Assembly (NCBI GenBank): GCA_018221205.1
Contig: JAAOYF010000017.1
Coordinates: forward strand, 863 to 64,862
Direction: 5' to 3'
Length of the DNA stretch: 64,000 nucleotides
From: Candidatus Woesearchaeota archaeon
GTDB taxonomy: Archaea > Nanobdellota > Nanobdellia > Woesearchaeales > WJIZ01
Positions 38,461 through 47,553 of the stretch are shown one piece after another. A model generated the notes under the pieces. It made no database searches. It saw only the letters and a list, made by a program, of their open reading frames with translations, and had not been told where the DNA came from. Position 1 is the stretch's first letter, and every line of letters starts with the position of its first letter. A program made the position numbers and the translations under genes.

Positions 38461-39918
38461 ATGAAATCTATGTATGTGAAGAAGGACATACAGCAGGCGA
38501 TGGTGGAGAACGCGAGGAATAGGGAGATCGCGATCCGCTATGGTAATCATTTCGGCAAAAGGCCAGATATTATAACCTATCCTGATGAGGTCCTTGATCT
38601 CATCAAACAAGGCGCGACAAGCTTCCATGCATCTGAAGAGCTATGGGAAAATCCGAAGCTGATTGTTTCGGATATGAGACCGGCTGATGTTGCAAAGCTG
38701 CGCAAAGGATGGGATCTTATTCTAGACATCGACTCCCCTGTCTGGAAAATATCAAAGATAACTGCCTGGCTCATCATTCAGGCGTTGAAAGATTTCGGCA
38801 TCTCCTCGATTTCTGTGAAATTCTCTGGCAACAAGGGCTTTCATATCGGCGTACCTTTTGAAGCCTTCCCCGAGACATATAGAGAACAGAAGACAAAGGA
38901 TCTTTTTCCCGATGCTCCGAGAAGGATCGCAACCTTCCTCTTGGATTATATCAACCAGACCTACATCGCTGTCAAAGAGAACCAGATCGTCTTCGGAGAA
39001 GGCCTGAAGAGAAGATTTCGTGTCCCCTATGAAAAGCTGTTGAAAGTGACCGGAAAGAGCATGGAAAAGCTGACATTTCGGCATTGTTCAAAGTGTAGAA
39101 AGAAGATTGATGTAAAGACAGAGAGAAAAGTCGAATTCTATTGTCCAAAGTGCAGCAATTCAATAAAGAGTGAAGATAAGCAATTCGAGAAATGTCCAAA
39201 ATGCAAGATACTGATGGAAAAATTCGAAGGGAAGAAAAGCTTATGCTCATGCGGAAGCAATGAATCCTATATCATGTTCAATCCATCTTCCATAATCGAA
39301 GTAGATACCATCCTTATCTCCTCAAGGCATCTCTTCAGGATGCCCTATTCGATGCATGAAAAATCAGGATTGGTTTCGATTCCTTTTAATCCAGATAAGA
39401 TTCTTGAGTTTGAGAAGAAATATGCCCGTCCAGAGATCATTAAAGTGTCGAAGCATATATTCATCGATAGGGATAAGACAGAAAGAAACGAAGCGTCCAT
39501 GCTGTTGGGAAAAGCATTGGCATTCTCAGATCAGAAAGAGGAAGTGAAGATAAAGAAAGAATATGAAGAAGTGGGTGAAGCAGTTCCCGAAACACTATTC
39601 CCTCCGACAATCAAAAAGATGCTGGAAGGATTGGAAGATGGAAGAAAAAGGGCATTATTCATCCTCATCAATTTTCTCAAATGTGTCGGTTGGAGCCATG
39701 ATCTGATTGAGAAAAGGATAAAAGAATGGAACAAGAAGAATAAAGGGCCCTTAAAAGAGCAAATAATCATAGGTCAATTACGTTATCAGAAGAATAAAGA
39801 AAGGGTTCCTCCTCCGAACTATGATAAAGACTATTACTCTGGAATCGGCATTACACCCGCAGAAGAGGAGATGCGTTTCAAGAATCCAGTACGGTATGCG
39901 CTTGCAAGAAGGGGATAA
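38461..39918 (+). CDS. priS: DNA primase catalytic subunit (archaeo-eukaryotic primase, PriS) with a Zn-ribbon insert and a C-terminal PriCT-like helical domain
   Basis: DLILDIDSP (DxD), FSGNKGFHIGV (SGxRGFH), RHLFRMPYSMHEKSGL, two CxxC pairs. The C-terminal ~110 aa (GRKRALFILINFLKCVGWSHDLIEKRIKEWNKKNKGPL) resembles a primase C-terminal (PriCT) module. Confidence 0.7.
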   Translation: MKSMYVKKDIQQAMVENARNREIAIRYGNHFGKRPDIITYPDEVLDLIKQGATSFHASEELWENPKLIVSDMRPADVAKLRKGWDLILDIDSPVWKISKITAWLIIQALKDFGISSISVKFSGNKGFHIGVPFEAFPETYREQKTKDLFPDAPRRIATFLLDYINQTYIAVKENQIVFGEGLKRRFRVPYEKLLKVTGKSMEKLTFRHCSKCRKKIDVKTERKVEFYCPKCSNSIKSEDKQFEKCPKCKILMEKFEGKKSLCSCGSNESYIMFNPSSIIEVDTILISSRHLFRMPYSMHEKSGLVSIPFNPDKILEFEKKYARPEIIKVSKHIFIDRDKTERNEASMLLGKALAFSDQKEEVKIKKEYEEVGEAVPETLFPPTIKKMLEGLEDGRKRALFILINFLKCVGWSHDLIEKRIKEWNKKNKGPLKEQIIIGQLRYQKNKERVPPPNYDKDYYSGIGITPAEEEMRFKNPVRYALARRG

Positions 39919-39940
39919 TTTTTTATAGTGATTTCGGTTC

Positions 39941-40678
39941 GTGAAAAAGATGATATTGGATAAATATATACAGACATATACTCTTCCTTCATTCCTGAAG
40001 CTTGTTCTGAATCGGCTTGGCATACATCGCTTATGGAAGCTCGGGCTGCGCAACAAGACAGTGATGTATGTGCGTGGAAGCACGCAGGACTCAGGGACAG
40101 TGAGTGAGACATGGATAGATAAGACCTACCTAAAGTGGATTAAAGGCATCTCAGGAACGATCATTGACATCGGAGCAAATATCGGCTCCTTCACAGTATT
40201 CGCAGCGAAGCAGAAAGAGACAAAGGTATTCTCATTTGAGCCTATGCCGGATAATTTCAGGATGCTGGACAAGAATGTAAAAGCGAACAATCTTCATAAC
40301 GTGCAGGTGTTCCCGACTGCCGTCTCTGGGAAGAAGACAAAAGTCAAGGTATTCAGAGGGGAAAAATCAGGAATGCATAGCATGTACGGATCAGGAAAAG
40401 AGTATGAGACTGTCCAGACAACAACCATTAAAGAGATCATGGATCATCATAATATTAAAAGATGTGGCTTTCTGAAATTGGATTGTGAAGGGGCCGAATA
40501 TGAGATTTTGATGAGCACTCCTAAAGGATATCTTAAGAGAATCAAGAACATTGCTTTAGAATATCATGATGTAGGAACTGCAAGAAGGGATGAATTGGTT
40601 GAATTTCTTAAGAAGGCAGGGTTTACCGTAAGGGCAAAGGGAAATGAGAAGATCGGCATCATGTATGCATCTATCTAG
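39941..40678 (+). CDS. FkbM-family methyltransferase
   Basis: IIDIGANIGSFTVFAA...FEP...LKLDCEGAEYEIL. Confidence 0.7.
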   Translation: MKKMILDKYIQTYTLPSFLKLVLNRLGIHRLWKLGLRNKTVMYVRGSTQDSGTVSETWIDKTYLKWIKGISGTIIDIGANIGSFTVFAAKQKETKVFSFEPMPDNFRMLDKNVKANNLHNVQVFPTAVSGKKTKVKVFRGEKSGMHSMYGSGKEYETVQTTTIKEIMDHHNIKRCGFLKLDCEGAEYEILMSTPKGYLKRIKNIALEYHDVGTARRDELVEFLKKAGFTVRAKGNEKIGIMYASI

Positions 40679-41168
40679 AGTATTCTTTCACCGACGTAGT
40701 TCCATCAGCAAGAAAAGTTGTCCTGTCAAACATCTCACCAAACTCCTTGCCCCAGGAATAAGCACCCCTCCTGCATACCTCAAGATATTTTTTGATAGGA
40801 GAGATGTTTTCAAGTAGGATTTTCTCACCCATGTTATTTTTCTCATTCGAGACAAAGATGACGCTTGTACCTATATGCTTTCTGGCTTCATAATCATAGA
40901 TTGGCACGGTGATGGTGTGATATTCGATCTCCCGCAACCTTAGTTCCTCATATTCCTTATCAGAGATATCATAACAGATAGCATTGAAAGAATCTCCAGG
41001 TGATTTCATGATATTCAGCACCGCACTCTCCTTTCCTTTAGGATTCCAATGTGACCTCATCGCATTTCTATTCAGGATGCGTTTCCAGTCTTTGATCATG
41101 ATTTTTTTAGGAGAAGAAGCTGAAAACTCTTTAGAATTCATCAGGCTACCATAGACGATGAGCTTCAT
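40671..41168 (-). CDS. Gamma-glutamylcyclotransferase-like (AIG2/GGCT fold) protein
   Basis: MKLIVYGSLM N-terminus (YGSL motif); size about 165 aa. Confidence 0.45.
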   Translation of the reverse strand: MKLIVYGSLMNSKEFSASSPKKIMIKDWKRILNRNAMRSHWNPKGKESAVLNIMKSPGDSFNAICYDISDKEYEELRLREIEYHTITVPIYDYEARKHIGTSVIFVSNEKNNMGEKILLENISPIKKYLEVCRRGAYSWGKEFGEMFDRTTFLADGTTSVKEYSR

Positions 41169-41198
41169 AAAGGCATTAAGAAGTCAGGATATATAAAA

Positions 41199-42215
41199 TT
41201 AATTCGGTTTCATCCGTGAAGAGCCATAATCCTCCATTGCCACTTCCTTCTTCTGAGAAAGCTCAAAAAACTTCTGAAAATCGATGAACCGATACTGCTT
41301 TTTGTCTTTTCTGATGAATAAGATGACGCGAGAGGGTTTGTGATCATCGACAATCTCATAATCAAGCATTATTTTCTCTAATTTTTTTGCAAACTCACTC
41401 ACATAAGCATGATAAGGCATATTTTCTTTCTTCAATATCCTTATAGACACTCCGACATGGACATATCCTTTGACTTCGATGAAATCTGGCTTACCGCGCT
41501 CAATCAATTCCTTATATCCTTCAAGATCACTATCATTCTGGCCTTTGATGATCGTCAATCTTATCGTGCTTCGATATTTTTTCTTAGCCATGATGTCCAG
41601 ACATTTCAGCAATCGCTCATAATAATCATCGAACAAAGGCCGATCGATCTTCTTCAGCAATTTTTTGTTAGGTGCATCCACAGAGATGTACATCTGCGTC
41701 ACATTTTTCACTTTCTCCATCTGTTCTGGATATTGGCCGTTCGTGACTAAGAAAGTAGATATCTTTCTTCTATGGAATTCATCAAGAATCTCATTCATCC
41801 GTGGATAGGTGATTGGTTCTCCAGTGAGAGACAAAGCAACATGGCGGACATCTTCCCAACTTCGATGAAGTTTTTTAGGTACTTTAGGATTTCCTCCCAT
41901 TCCTTGCAATAATCCAATCTGCTCGTCGATAGCATGTTCGACAATATGCTTAGGATCATCGATCGGCCCGTACCAATCCTTGCTTACAGGGGCCTTTTGC
42001 CCTCTCCAACAGAACGTGCATCGATTAGCGCAGAACATTGATGTGGTCATCTGTAAGCATTGATGGCTTCGGATGCCGTAGAAAGTGAATTTGTAGCATC
42101 CTCCCTCATTCCTAAGAAATTTTCGGGTCCAGAGGCATACTTTGACAGCGCTATGATTGCCTACGAATCGATACTGCTGCTTTATCAGGTTTTTTTTGGC
42201 GAAATCACTTAACAT
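41199..42215 (-). CDS. taw1: tRNA 4-demethylwyosine synthase (radical SAM, TYW1/Taw1)
   Basis: YRFVGNHSAVKVCLWTRK...CYKFTFYGIRSHQCLQMTTSMFCANRCTFCWR has the radical-SAM CxxxCxxC plus an upstream Cys cluster, as in archaeal Taw1. Confidence 0.7.
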   Translation of the reverse strand: MLSDFAKKNLIKQQYRFVGNHSAVKVCLWTRKFLRNEGGCYKFTFYGIRSHQCLQMTTSMFCANRCTFCWRGQKAPVSKDWYGPIDDPKHIVEHAIDEQIGLLQGMGGNPKVPKKLHRSWEDVRHVALSLTGEPITYPRMNEILDEFHRRKISTFLVTNGQYPEQMEKVKNVTQMYISVDAPNKKLLKKIDRPLFDDYYERLLKCLDIMAKKKYRSTIRLTIIKGQNDSDLEGYKELIERGKPDFIEVKGYVHVGVSIRILKKENMPYHAYVSEFAKKLEKIMLDYEIVDDHKPSRVILFIRKDKKQYRFIDFQKFFELSQKKEVAMEDYGSSRMKPN

Positions 42216-42915
42216 TTTCTAGTGCTTGTATCGGATCAAGTGCATCATTGATATTGATCAAAGGCTTTGGCATATGTGCAATATCATCAAACCCTATCCG
42301 TGGACAGGCAGTATTGACCCAGCATTCGATGAATGGGTAATTTTCCATCTCGCTGAAGTCAAAAGTATCGCCGACAAACACAAAATATTCTTTATCAGCC
42401 TTCTCTTTGAGCAAAAGTGCATTTTTCAAGTACTGCTGGCCTGTTTTTGTGCTGACAAGTATACCTATTTTCTTAGATGCGACATATCTTGTAAGATTTG
42501 CTTTGTACTTCTTCAATTGTTTTTCCAGATCTGCTTGTGTAAGCACACTCATTTCAGTTGTCCGAGGATTGAATTGTATGACATCGATCTTTTTCTGTGC
42601 CAATATCAATGCTTTAGGATGGAATAATCCGTCTCCGATATAGAGAATGGCGTCTGCATGAGAGATATCTTCAGAAAAAGAGTTAGCAAAACAGTCGCAG
42701 CCGAGCAATTGATATTTTCCAGAAGTTCGTTTGCCGTGTGCAGCGATGATTTTAATACTCAATTCTGTTAATTGTTCTTCGACTCTTTCCAATGTGATGA
42801 ATTGGACACTTCCAAACAAAGCAATCTTCTTGAAACACTTGATTCTGTCCAGAACTTCTTGAGATAGTTCTATCTTCTCCTTAAAATATCCTGGAACAAG
42901 CATGAATTCTACCAT
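42205..42915 (-). CDS. dph2: Diphthamide synthesis Dph2 (2-(3-amino-3-carboxypropyl)histidine synthase), C-terminal 236 aa, separated from the N-terminal part by a frameshift
   Basis: ...LLGCDCFANSF...YIGDGLFHP...ECWVNTACPRIGFDD are Dph2 domain 2-3 motifs. Confidence 0.6.
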   Translation of the reverse strand: MVEFMLVPGYFKEKIELSQEVLDRIKCFKKIALFGSVQFITLERVEEQLTELSIKIIAAHGKRTSGKYQLLGCDCFANSFSEDISHADAILYIGDGLFHPKALILAQKKIDVIQFNPRTTEMSVLTQADLEKQLKKYKANLTRYVASKKIGILVSTKTGQQYLKNALLLKEKADKEYFVFVGDTFDFSEMENYPFIECWVNTACPRIGFDDIAHMPKPLININDALDPIQALENVK

Positions 42916-43181
42916 CCTTTCACATCCTTCACATATTTATTATGGCCGAATGCAATGACCAGATCGACTCCAAGAGCCTGAACACTGATAGGAAGATCGC
43001 ATGCACCAAAATTAGTCCCATACCACACTAAAATGCTTGCGTTAGTCTCCTTTTCAAGCTTAGGAACTAAGTGTTCAACTTCTGTCTTAAGCCCATCAGG
43101 CAATTGCAGAAGCACTTTCTTATAGTTTCCACTAATAATCTTCTCGATTATCTTGCTTTCCTCTAAATCATAGACTGACAT
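42909..43181 (-). CDS. dph2: Dph2 N-terminal 90-aa fragment (domain 1)
   Basis: YDLEESKIIEKIISGNYKKVLLQLPDGLK...GACDL...LGVDLVIAFGH. It ends in a stop 7 nt past the start of the C-terminal ORF, in a different frame. Confidence 0.6.
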   Translation of the reverse strand: MSVYDLEESKIIEKIISGNYKKVLLQLPDGLKTEVEHLVPKLEKETNASILVWYGTNFGACDLPISVQALGVDLVIAFGHNKYVKDVKGW

Positions 43182-43203
43182 GTCCTTATGTAGTTATAAT
43201 TTG

Positions 43204-43240
43204 CTTTATAAAGGCTATGCCTGCACAACGTTTTTAAAGC
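43204..43240. promoter_or_regulatory. Divergent promoter with palindromic TATA box ctttataaag (43204-43213) and tttttaaagc (43231-43240)
   Basis: The boxes lie 20-32 nt upstream of the dph2 start (43181, minus) and the GGR-like start (43260, plus). Confidence 0.45.
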
Positions 43241-43259
43241 AAAGGAGATTAGTTTTAGT

Positions 43260-44339
43260 ATGATTTCCGTCATAGGAGCAGGACCAGCTGGCTGCTATTA
43301 TGCCTCAAAAGAAAAGGGAGATGTCCACATCTTTGAAGAGCACGCTTCAGTAGGCAACCCTATAGCTTGCACTGGGATTCTGACAGATTCGGTGTTGCAA
43401 TTTACTGATATTCCCAAAGATCTCATCATCAGCAAGATAAATAAGTTCAAGATGGTCGCCCCGAATGGAAAATCCCTCTATGTCGACCTGAATAAGACTA
43501 ATATGGTACTGCATCGTGCCAAATTCGACCAGTTTGTCTTGCAGAAAGCCCTTGATAACGGAGCAAAACTTCATCTGAATGAAAAATTTCTTGGTTACAG
43601 ACAAAATGGCACTGCCTACAAACTGAAAACATCAAAAAAGACGTATGATTCTGAAATGATTATCGGTGCAGACGGCCCTCATAGTGCTGTCGCAAAAGCA
43701 GCAGGCATCTATGGAAAGAGAAAGTTCGTCAAAGGCTACCAGGCAAGGTGTAAGGTCAAAGATTTAGAAGAAGGTGTGACTGAAGTGCATCTCAATCTGG
43801 GAGAATTCTCTTGGGTCGTACCAGAAGACGATAAGATAGCACGAATAGGTGTTATCGGTGTCGATGATGAGAAGCTGAAAGCAGATTATAAGAAGCTCAT
43901 AGGGAATAGTGAAGTGCTTGAGGACCAATCTGGCATAATTCCTCTCTATAACCCGCGCCAGAAGATAAAAAAAGGAAACATATTTCTGCTCGGAGATGCT
44001 GCAACCCATGTAAAAGCCTCGACGTATGGTGGGATAATCTATGGGATGATAGCTGGTGATTACTTGGCCAAGAATAAAGGGACATTCGTAAGCAATATCA
44101 ACAAGAAATTATCAAAAGATTTATGGATAAGCTTGAAGATGAGGAATATGATGAATGCCATGAACGAAAAACAGGCTAATGAATTGATAGATATCTTCGA
44201 AAAAAAGAGGAATAATAAGATTCTTTCAGAGTATGACAGGAATTTCCCGAGCAAATTCATCGTTCAGCTATTGATGAAAGAAGCAAAACTTTGGAAATTA
44301 GGTTTCAAGATATTCGCAAACAGGGCTTTAGGAAAATGA
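43260..44339 (+). CDS. Geranylgeranyl reductase family FAD-dependent oxidoreductase
   Basis: MISVIGAGPAGCYYA (GxGxxG FAD site)...IGADGPHSAVAK...LLGDAA. Confidence 0.7.
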   Translation: MISVIGAGPAGCYYASKEKGDVHIFEEHASVGNPIACTGILTDSVLQFTDIPKDLIISKINKFKMVAPNGKSLYVDLNKTNMVLHRAKFDQFVLQKALDNGAKLHLNEKFLGYRQNGTAYKLKTSKKTYDSEMIIGADGPHSAVAKAAGIYGKRKFVKGYQARCKVKDLEEGVTEVHLNLGEFSWVVPEDDKIARIGVIGVDDEKLKADYKKLIGNSEVLEDQSGIIPLYNPRQKIKKGNIFLLGDAATHVKASTYGGIIYGMIAGDYLAKNKGTFVSNINKKLSKDLWISLKMRNMMNAMNEKQANELIDIFEKKRNNKILSEYDRNFPSKFIVQLLMKEAKLWKLGFKIFANRALGK

Positions 44340-45520
44340 CAGTCGAAGTAAGAGTAGGAAAGATCGGCATTGGTGGAGATAATCCTGTCCGCATTCAATC
44401 TATGACCAATACCCCTACCCAAGACGAGAAAGTGACTGCTAAACAGATAATGGAATTAGCAGATGCTGGCTCAGAATTAGTCCGTTTTACGATAATGGAT
44501 GGTCATGGTGCAGAAAAAGTAGTAAAGATCAAGGAGATTCTTGAGAAAGAGAAATATGACGTGCCTTTGATTGGAGATTTTCATTTCAACGGCCATTTAT
44601 TGTTAGAAAGATTCCCTGATATGGCTCAGATTCTTGATAAATACCGGATCAATCCCGGAAATGTTGGCCATGGTGAGAAACATGATCCGAATTTCCGCAT
44701 CATGATCGAAAAAGCAATCGATAATAAGAAACCTGTCCGAATCGGGGTGAATTTCGGCTCTATCGACAAACAAGTGTATATGAAATTGATGGATGAGAAC
44801 AAAGAAAAAAGCTCTGAAGAACTTGCTATCGATGCGATGGTCGTATCAGCCATGCAATCAATAAAGAAAGCGATTGAATATGGACTAGGAAAAGATAAGA
44901 TAATTGTCTCAACAAAAGCAAGTAGTGTTCCATCGATGATCCGAGCGTATGAAGAACTCGCAAAAAGGACAGACCAGCCCCTGCATTTGGGCGTGACAGA
45001 AGCAGGTATGGGTGATAAAGGTATCATTGCCTCAACAGCTGGTCTATCAACACTCTTGCAGCAAGGGATTGGAGACACTATTAGGGTCTCTTTGACACCT
45101 GAGCCTGGCTCTTCTCGGACAAAGGAGGTTGAAGTGGCTCAACAGATCCTACAGCAGAATGGACTGAGACAGTTTATGCCCATAGTGATCAGCTGCCCGG
45201 GGTGCGGTCGGACAACCTCTATCTTATTCCAAGAAATCGCAAAGGAAATAACTGAATATCTTAAAGAAAATGCTCCAAAATGGAAAAAAGCCGGCTACAA
45301 AGGATTTGAAGATATGAAAGTAGCAGTCATGGGTTGCATTGTCAATGGTCCAGGAGAGAGCAAAGAAGCCAATATTGGTTTAAGTCTCCCCGGCGTAGGA
45401 GAAGACCCTGTCTCGCCGGTCTACATCGACGGCAAACCAGTAGAAAAGCTGAAAGGAGACAAAAGAATCGATGACTTCAAGAAGTTGATTGATGATTATG
45501 TGAAAAGTCATTACGGTTAA
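44336..45520 (+). CDS. ispG: 4-hydroxy-3-methylbut-2-enyl diphosphate synthase (IspG/GcpE)
   Basis: PVRIQSMTNT...INPGNVG...RIGVNFGS...GVTEAGMG...SCPGCGRT...GCIVNGPGE matches all conserved IspG blocks including the 3-Cys Fe-S site. Start at the internal Met (ATGA overlap). Confidence 0.85.
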   Translation: MTVEVRVGKIGIGGDNPVRIQSMTNTPTQDEKVTAKQIMELADAGSELVRFTIMDGHGAEKVVKIKEILEKEKYDVPLIGDFHFNGHLLLERFPDMAQILDKYRINPGNVGHGEKHDPNFRIMIEKAIDNKKPVRIGVNFGSIDKQVYMKLMDENKEKSSEELAIDAMVVSAMQSIKKAIEYGLGKDKIIVSTKASSVPSMIRAYEELAKRTDQPLHLGVTEAGMGDKGIIASTAGLSTLLQQGIGDTIRVSLTPEPGSSRTKEVEVAQQILQQNGLRQFMPIVISCPGCGRTTSILFQEIAKEITEYLKENAPKWKKAGYKGFEDMKVAVMGCIVNGPGESKEANIGLSLPGVGEDPVSPVYIDGKPVEKLKGDKRIDDFKKLIDDYVKSHYG

Positions 45521-45566
45521 AGTTCTTTTCGAAACATATAAGAACATAAGCTCTTCAAAAAGTTCA

Positions 45567-46544
45567 ATGCAAGCAAGTAAATATATTTGGGAAGTTCTAC
45601 CAGATATTTCAAGAACCTTTGCCTATACTATCCCCAAATTGCCTCCAGGACTTGATTTTGATACTGCACTGACCTACGCGATGTATCGTATTATAGATAC
45701 CATTGAAGATTCTCCGCTAGCACTTGCTAAGAAGACAGAATTAATGGATTTATTTTTCAGTCTTTTTGAGAGTGAGAAAAATTTAACCAGATTTCAAGAA
45801 GAAGTAAAATCAATTCCAAAAAACCAGTATAGTGGTCTGCTTGCAAACGCTTTTAAGATTGTTGAAGCGTTAAAGTCCCGACCGATAGATATCCAAAAAA
45901 CAATTCTCGGGGGTGGGAAAAAGATGGCTGGGGGGTTTCTCAGAGAGGAAGTTCAGCAAATTAACACCTTAGAGGATCAGAACATCTATTGCTATTATGC
46001 AGCAGGTCTGGTGGGAGAAGTTATGAATGAGTTGACCATGCATCACCACCTTATCACAAAGGAGAAAAGTGTAGAACTAAAAGAAAAAGCAAAAGGGATA
46101 GGTCTAGCTTTTCAAAAAGTGAACATCCTTAAAGACATTAAGGTTGATATGGACGAAGACAGGTTCTATTGGCCAAAAGATATCCTAGAAATGAATAATG
46201 TGACTTACTTGACCATCGGAAAAGATGGACATATGGAAGATTCGCTGTCGGTGATTGGTGATTTAACTAAAGATGTAAAACACTATTTTGATCAAGGCTT
46301 AGGATTCATAAACGGGCTCCCGCATAAGCCAGCAGGCCTGCGAATTTTTTGGGCAATCAATCTTATGATGGCAATAGCGACCGTTCGCGTTATTAGGGAT
46401 CCTGCATTATTTGATGATACTATCAAGATTACACGATTAGAAGTAATGGCAATTGATGCAGCAGTGACAAAATGTGTTGAAAATAAAGAAAGTCTAAATC
46501 AGTTAGCACATGCCGTTGCGAAATCAGATATATCCGTATCCTGA
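45567..46544 (+). CDS. Squalene/phytoene synthase family (head-to-head prenyl synthase, SQS/HpnC-HpnD-like)
   Basis: RIIDTIEDS (first Asp-rich motif of SQS), YCYYAAGLVGEVM, GLAFQKVNILKDIKVDMDEDRFYWP (second motif). Confidence 0.7.
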   Translation: MQASKYIWEVLPDISRTFAYTIPKLPPGLDFDTALTYAMYRIIDTIEDSPLALAKKTELMDLFFSLFESEKNLTRFQEEVKSIPKNQYSGLLANAFKIVEALKSRPIDIQKTILGGGKKMAGGFLREEVQQINTLEDQNIYCYYAAGLVGEVMNELTMHHHLITKEKSVELKEKAKGIGLAFQKVNILKDIKVDMDEDRFYWPKDILEMNNVTYLTIGKDGHMEDSLSVIGDLTKDVKHYFDQGLGFINGLPHKPAGLRIFWAINLMMAIATVRVIRDPALFDDTIKITRLEVMAIDAAVTKCVENKESLNQLAHAVAKSDISVS

Positions 46545-46559
46545 ATTGAATCAATATAA

Positions 46560-47480
46560 TCATTCCAAACCGGGGGGCATGATAAAGGTGACTTTCTCAG
46601 TGACGTGATCTAGGGTTTGTATTGTACAAGAAGTGTTTTTCTTTCTGATAGCTGTGATGACTCCTTCAACAAGATAATCAGGAACACTCGCACCAGAAGT
46701 TATCCCCAAGGTTTCGATATTTTCCAGCCATTCTTCTTCAATTCCCTTCTCATCCGGGATAAGATATGATTCCGTGCCAGAATATTTGGCAGTTTCCATT
46801 AATCTGACTGAATTCGAGCTTGTAGGGCTGCCGACAACAAGGATAAGTTCTGCCTGCTGTGCCATTTCCTTGACCGCACCTTGCCTGTTCGTTGTCGCAT
46901 AGCAGATATCCTCTTTCGGCGGTGCCTCGGCTTGGGGATATCTCGCTAAGATCTCCCCCATAATCTCCCTCATATCATCAATTGATAATGTTGTCTGTGT
47001 CAAAATGACGATTTTCTCATTATTCAGAGCAAGCTGCTTGACATCTTCAACATTCTCGACGAGATGCATCGGCGAAATGGCCGTAACACCGACAGCTTCT
47101 TGATGTCCTTTATGGCCGATATAGATGATGTCATACCCGTTTCTATGGAATCTCCGTGCCTCAACATGCACTTTCGTTACTAAAGGACATACTGCATCTA
47201 TTGGGAGGATGCCCATTTCAGCCGCTTTTTCCTTCAAAGCAGGTGGACTGCCATGTGCACTGAAGATGACTTTGCTTCCTTTAGGCACCTCATCCAAAGA
47301 TTCGACAAATATCACTCCTTTCTTCTCCAATTCCTTGACAACATGGGCATTATGAACGATTGCGTGCCTTACATAGATGGGTTTGCCGAATTTCTCTAGG
47401 GCTTTCTCTACAATATCGATTGCTCTGCTCACTCCGGCACAATATCCTCGTGGGCTTGCAAGAATGATTTTCTTGACCAT
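46560..47480 (-). CDS. ispH: 4-hydroxy-3-methylbut-2-enyl diphosphate reductase (IspH/LytB)
   Basis: PRGYCAGVSRAI...VRHAIVHN...SAHG...AVCPLVTKVH...ICYATTNRQ...VVGS.TSSNS shows all three Cys ligands and the conserved blocks. Confidence 0.85.
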   Translation of the reverse strand: MVKKIILASPRGYCAGVSRAIDIVEKALEKFGKPIYVRHAIVHNAHVVKELEKKGVIFVESLDEVPKGSKVIFSAHGSPPALKEKAAEMGILPIDAVCPLVTKVHVEARRFHRNGYDIIYIGHKGHQEAVGVTAISPMHLVENVEDVKQLALNNEKIVILTQTTLSIDDMREIMGEILARYPQAEAPPKEDICYATTNRQGAVKEMAQQAELILVVGSPTSSNSVRLMETAKYSGTESYLIPDEKGIEEEWLENIETLGITSGASVPDYLVEGVITAIRKKNTSCTIQTLDHVTEKVTFIMPPGLE

Positions 47481-47553
47481 ACTCCTTACGACTCCTCGAT
47501 AACTTATAAAGATTATGCATAGATTTAAAAGAAAAAAGCGAACTCAACAGTTC

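Noticed and set aside
44291-44335. N-terminal 15-aa extension of IspG (MEIRFQDIRKQGFRK) in the ORF track
   Set aside because: This extension overlaps the 3' end of the upstream GGR-like gene. Homologous IspG proteins begin near the internal Met (MTVEVRVGKIGIGG), which also gives an ATGA junction.
43260-47480. The isoprenoid cluster as an obviously foreign island by composition
   Set aside because: By eye its AT-richness is similar to the flanks and no tRNA, integrase or repeat boundaries are present. The horizontal-transfer idea therefore rests on gene content, not on compositional evidence I can actually see.
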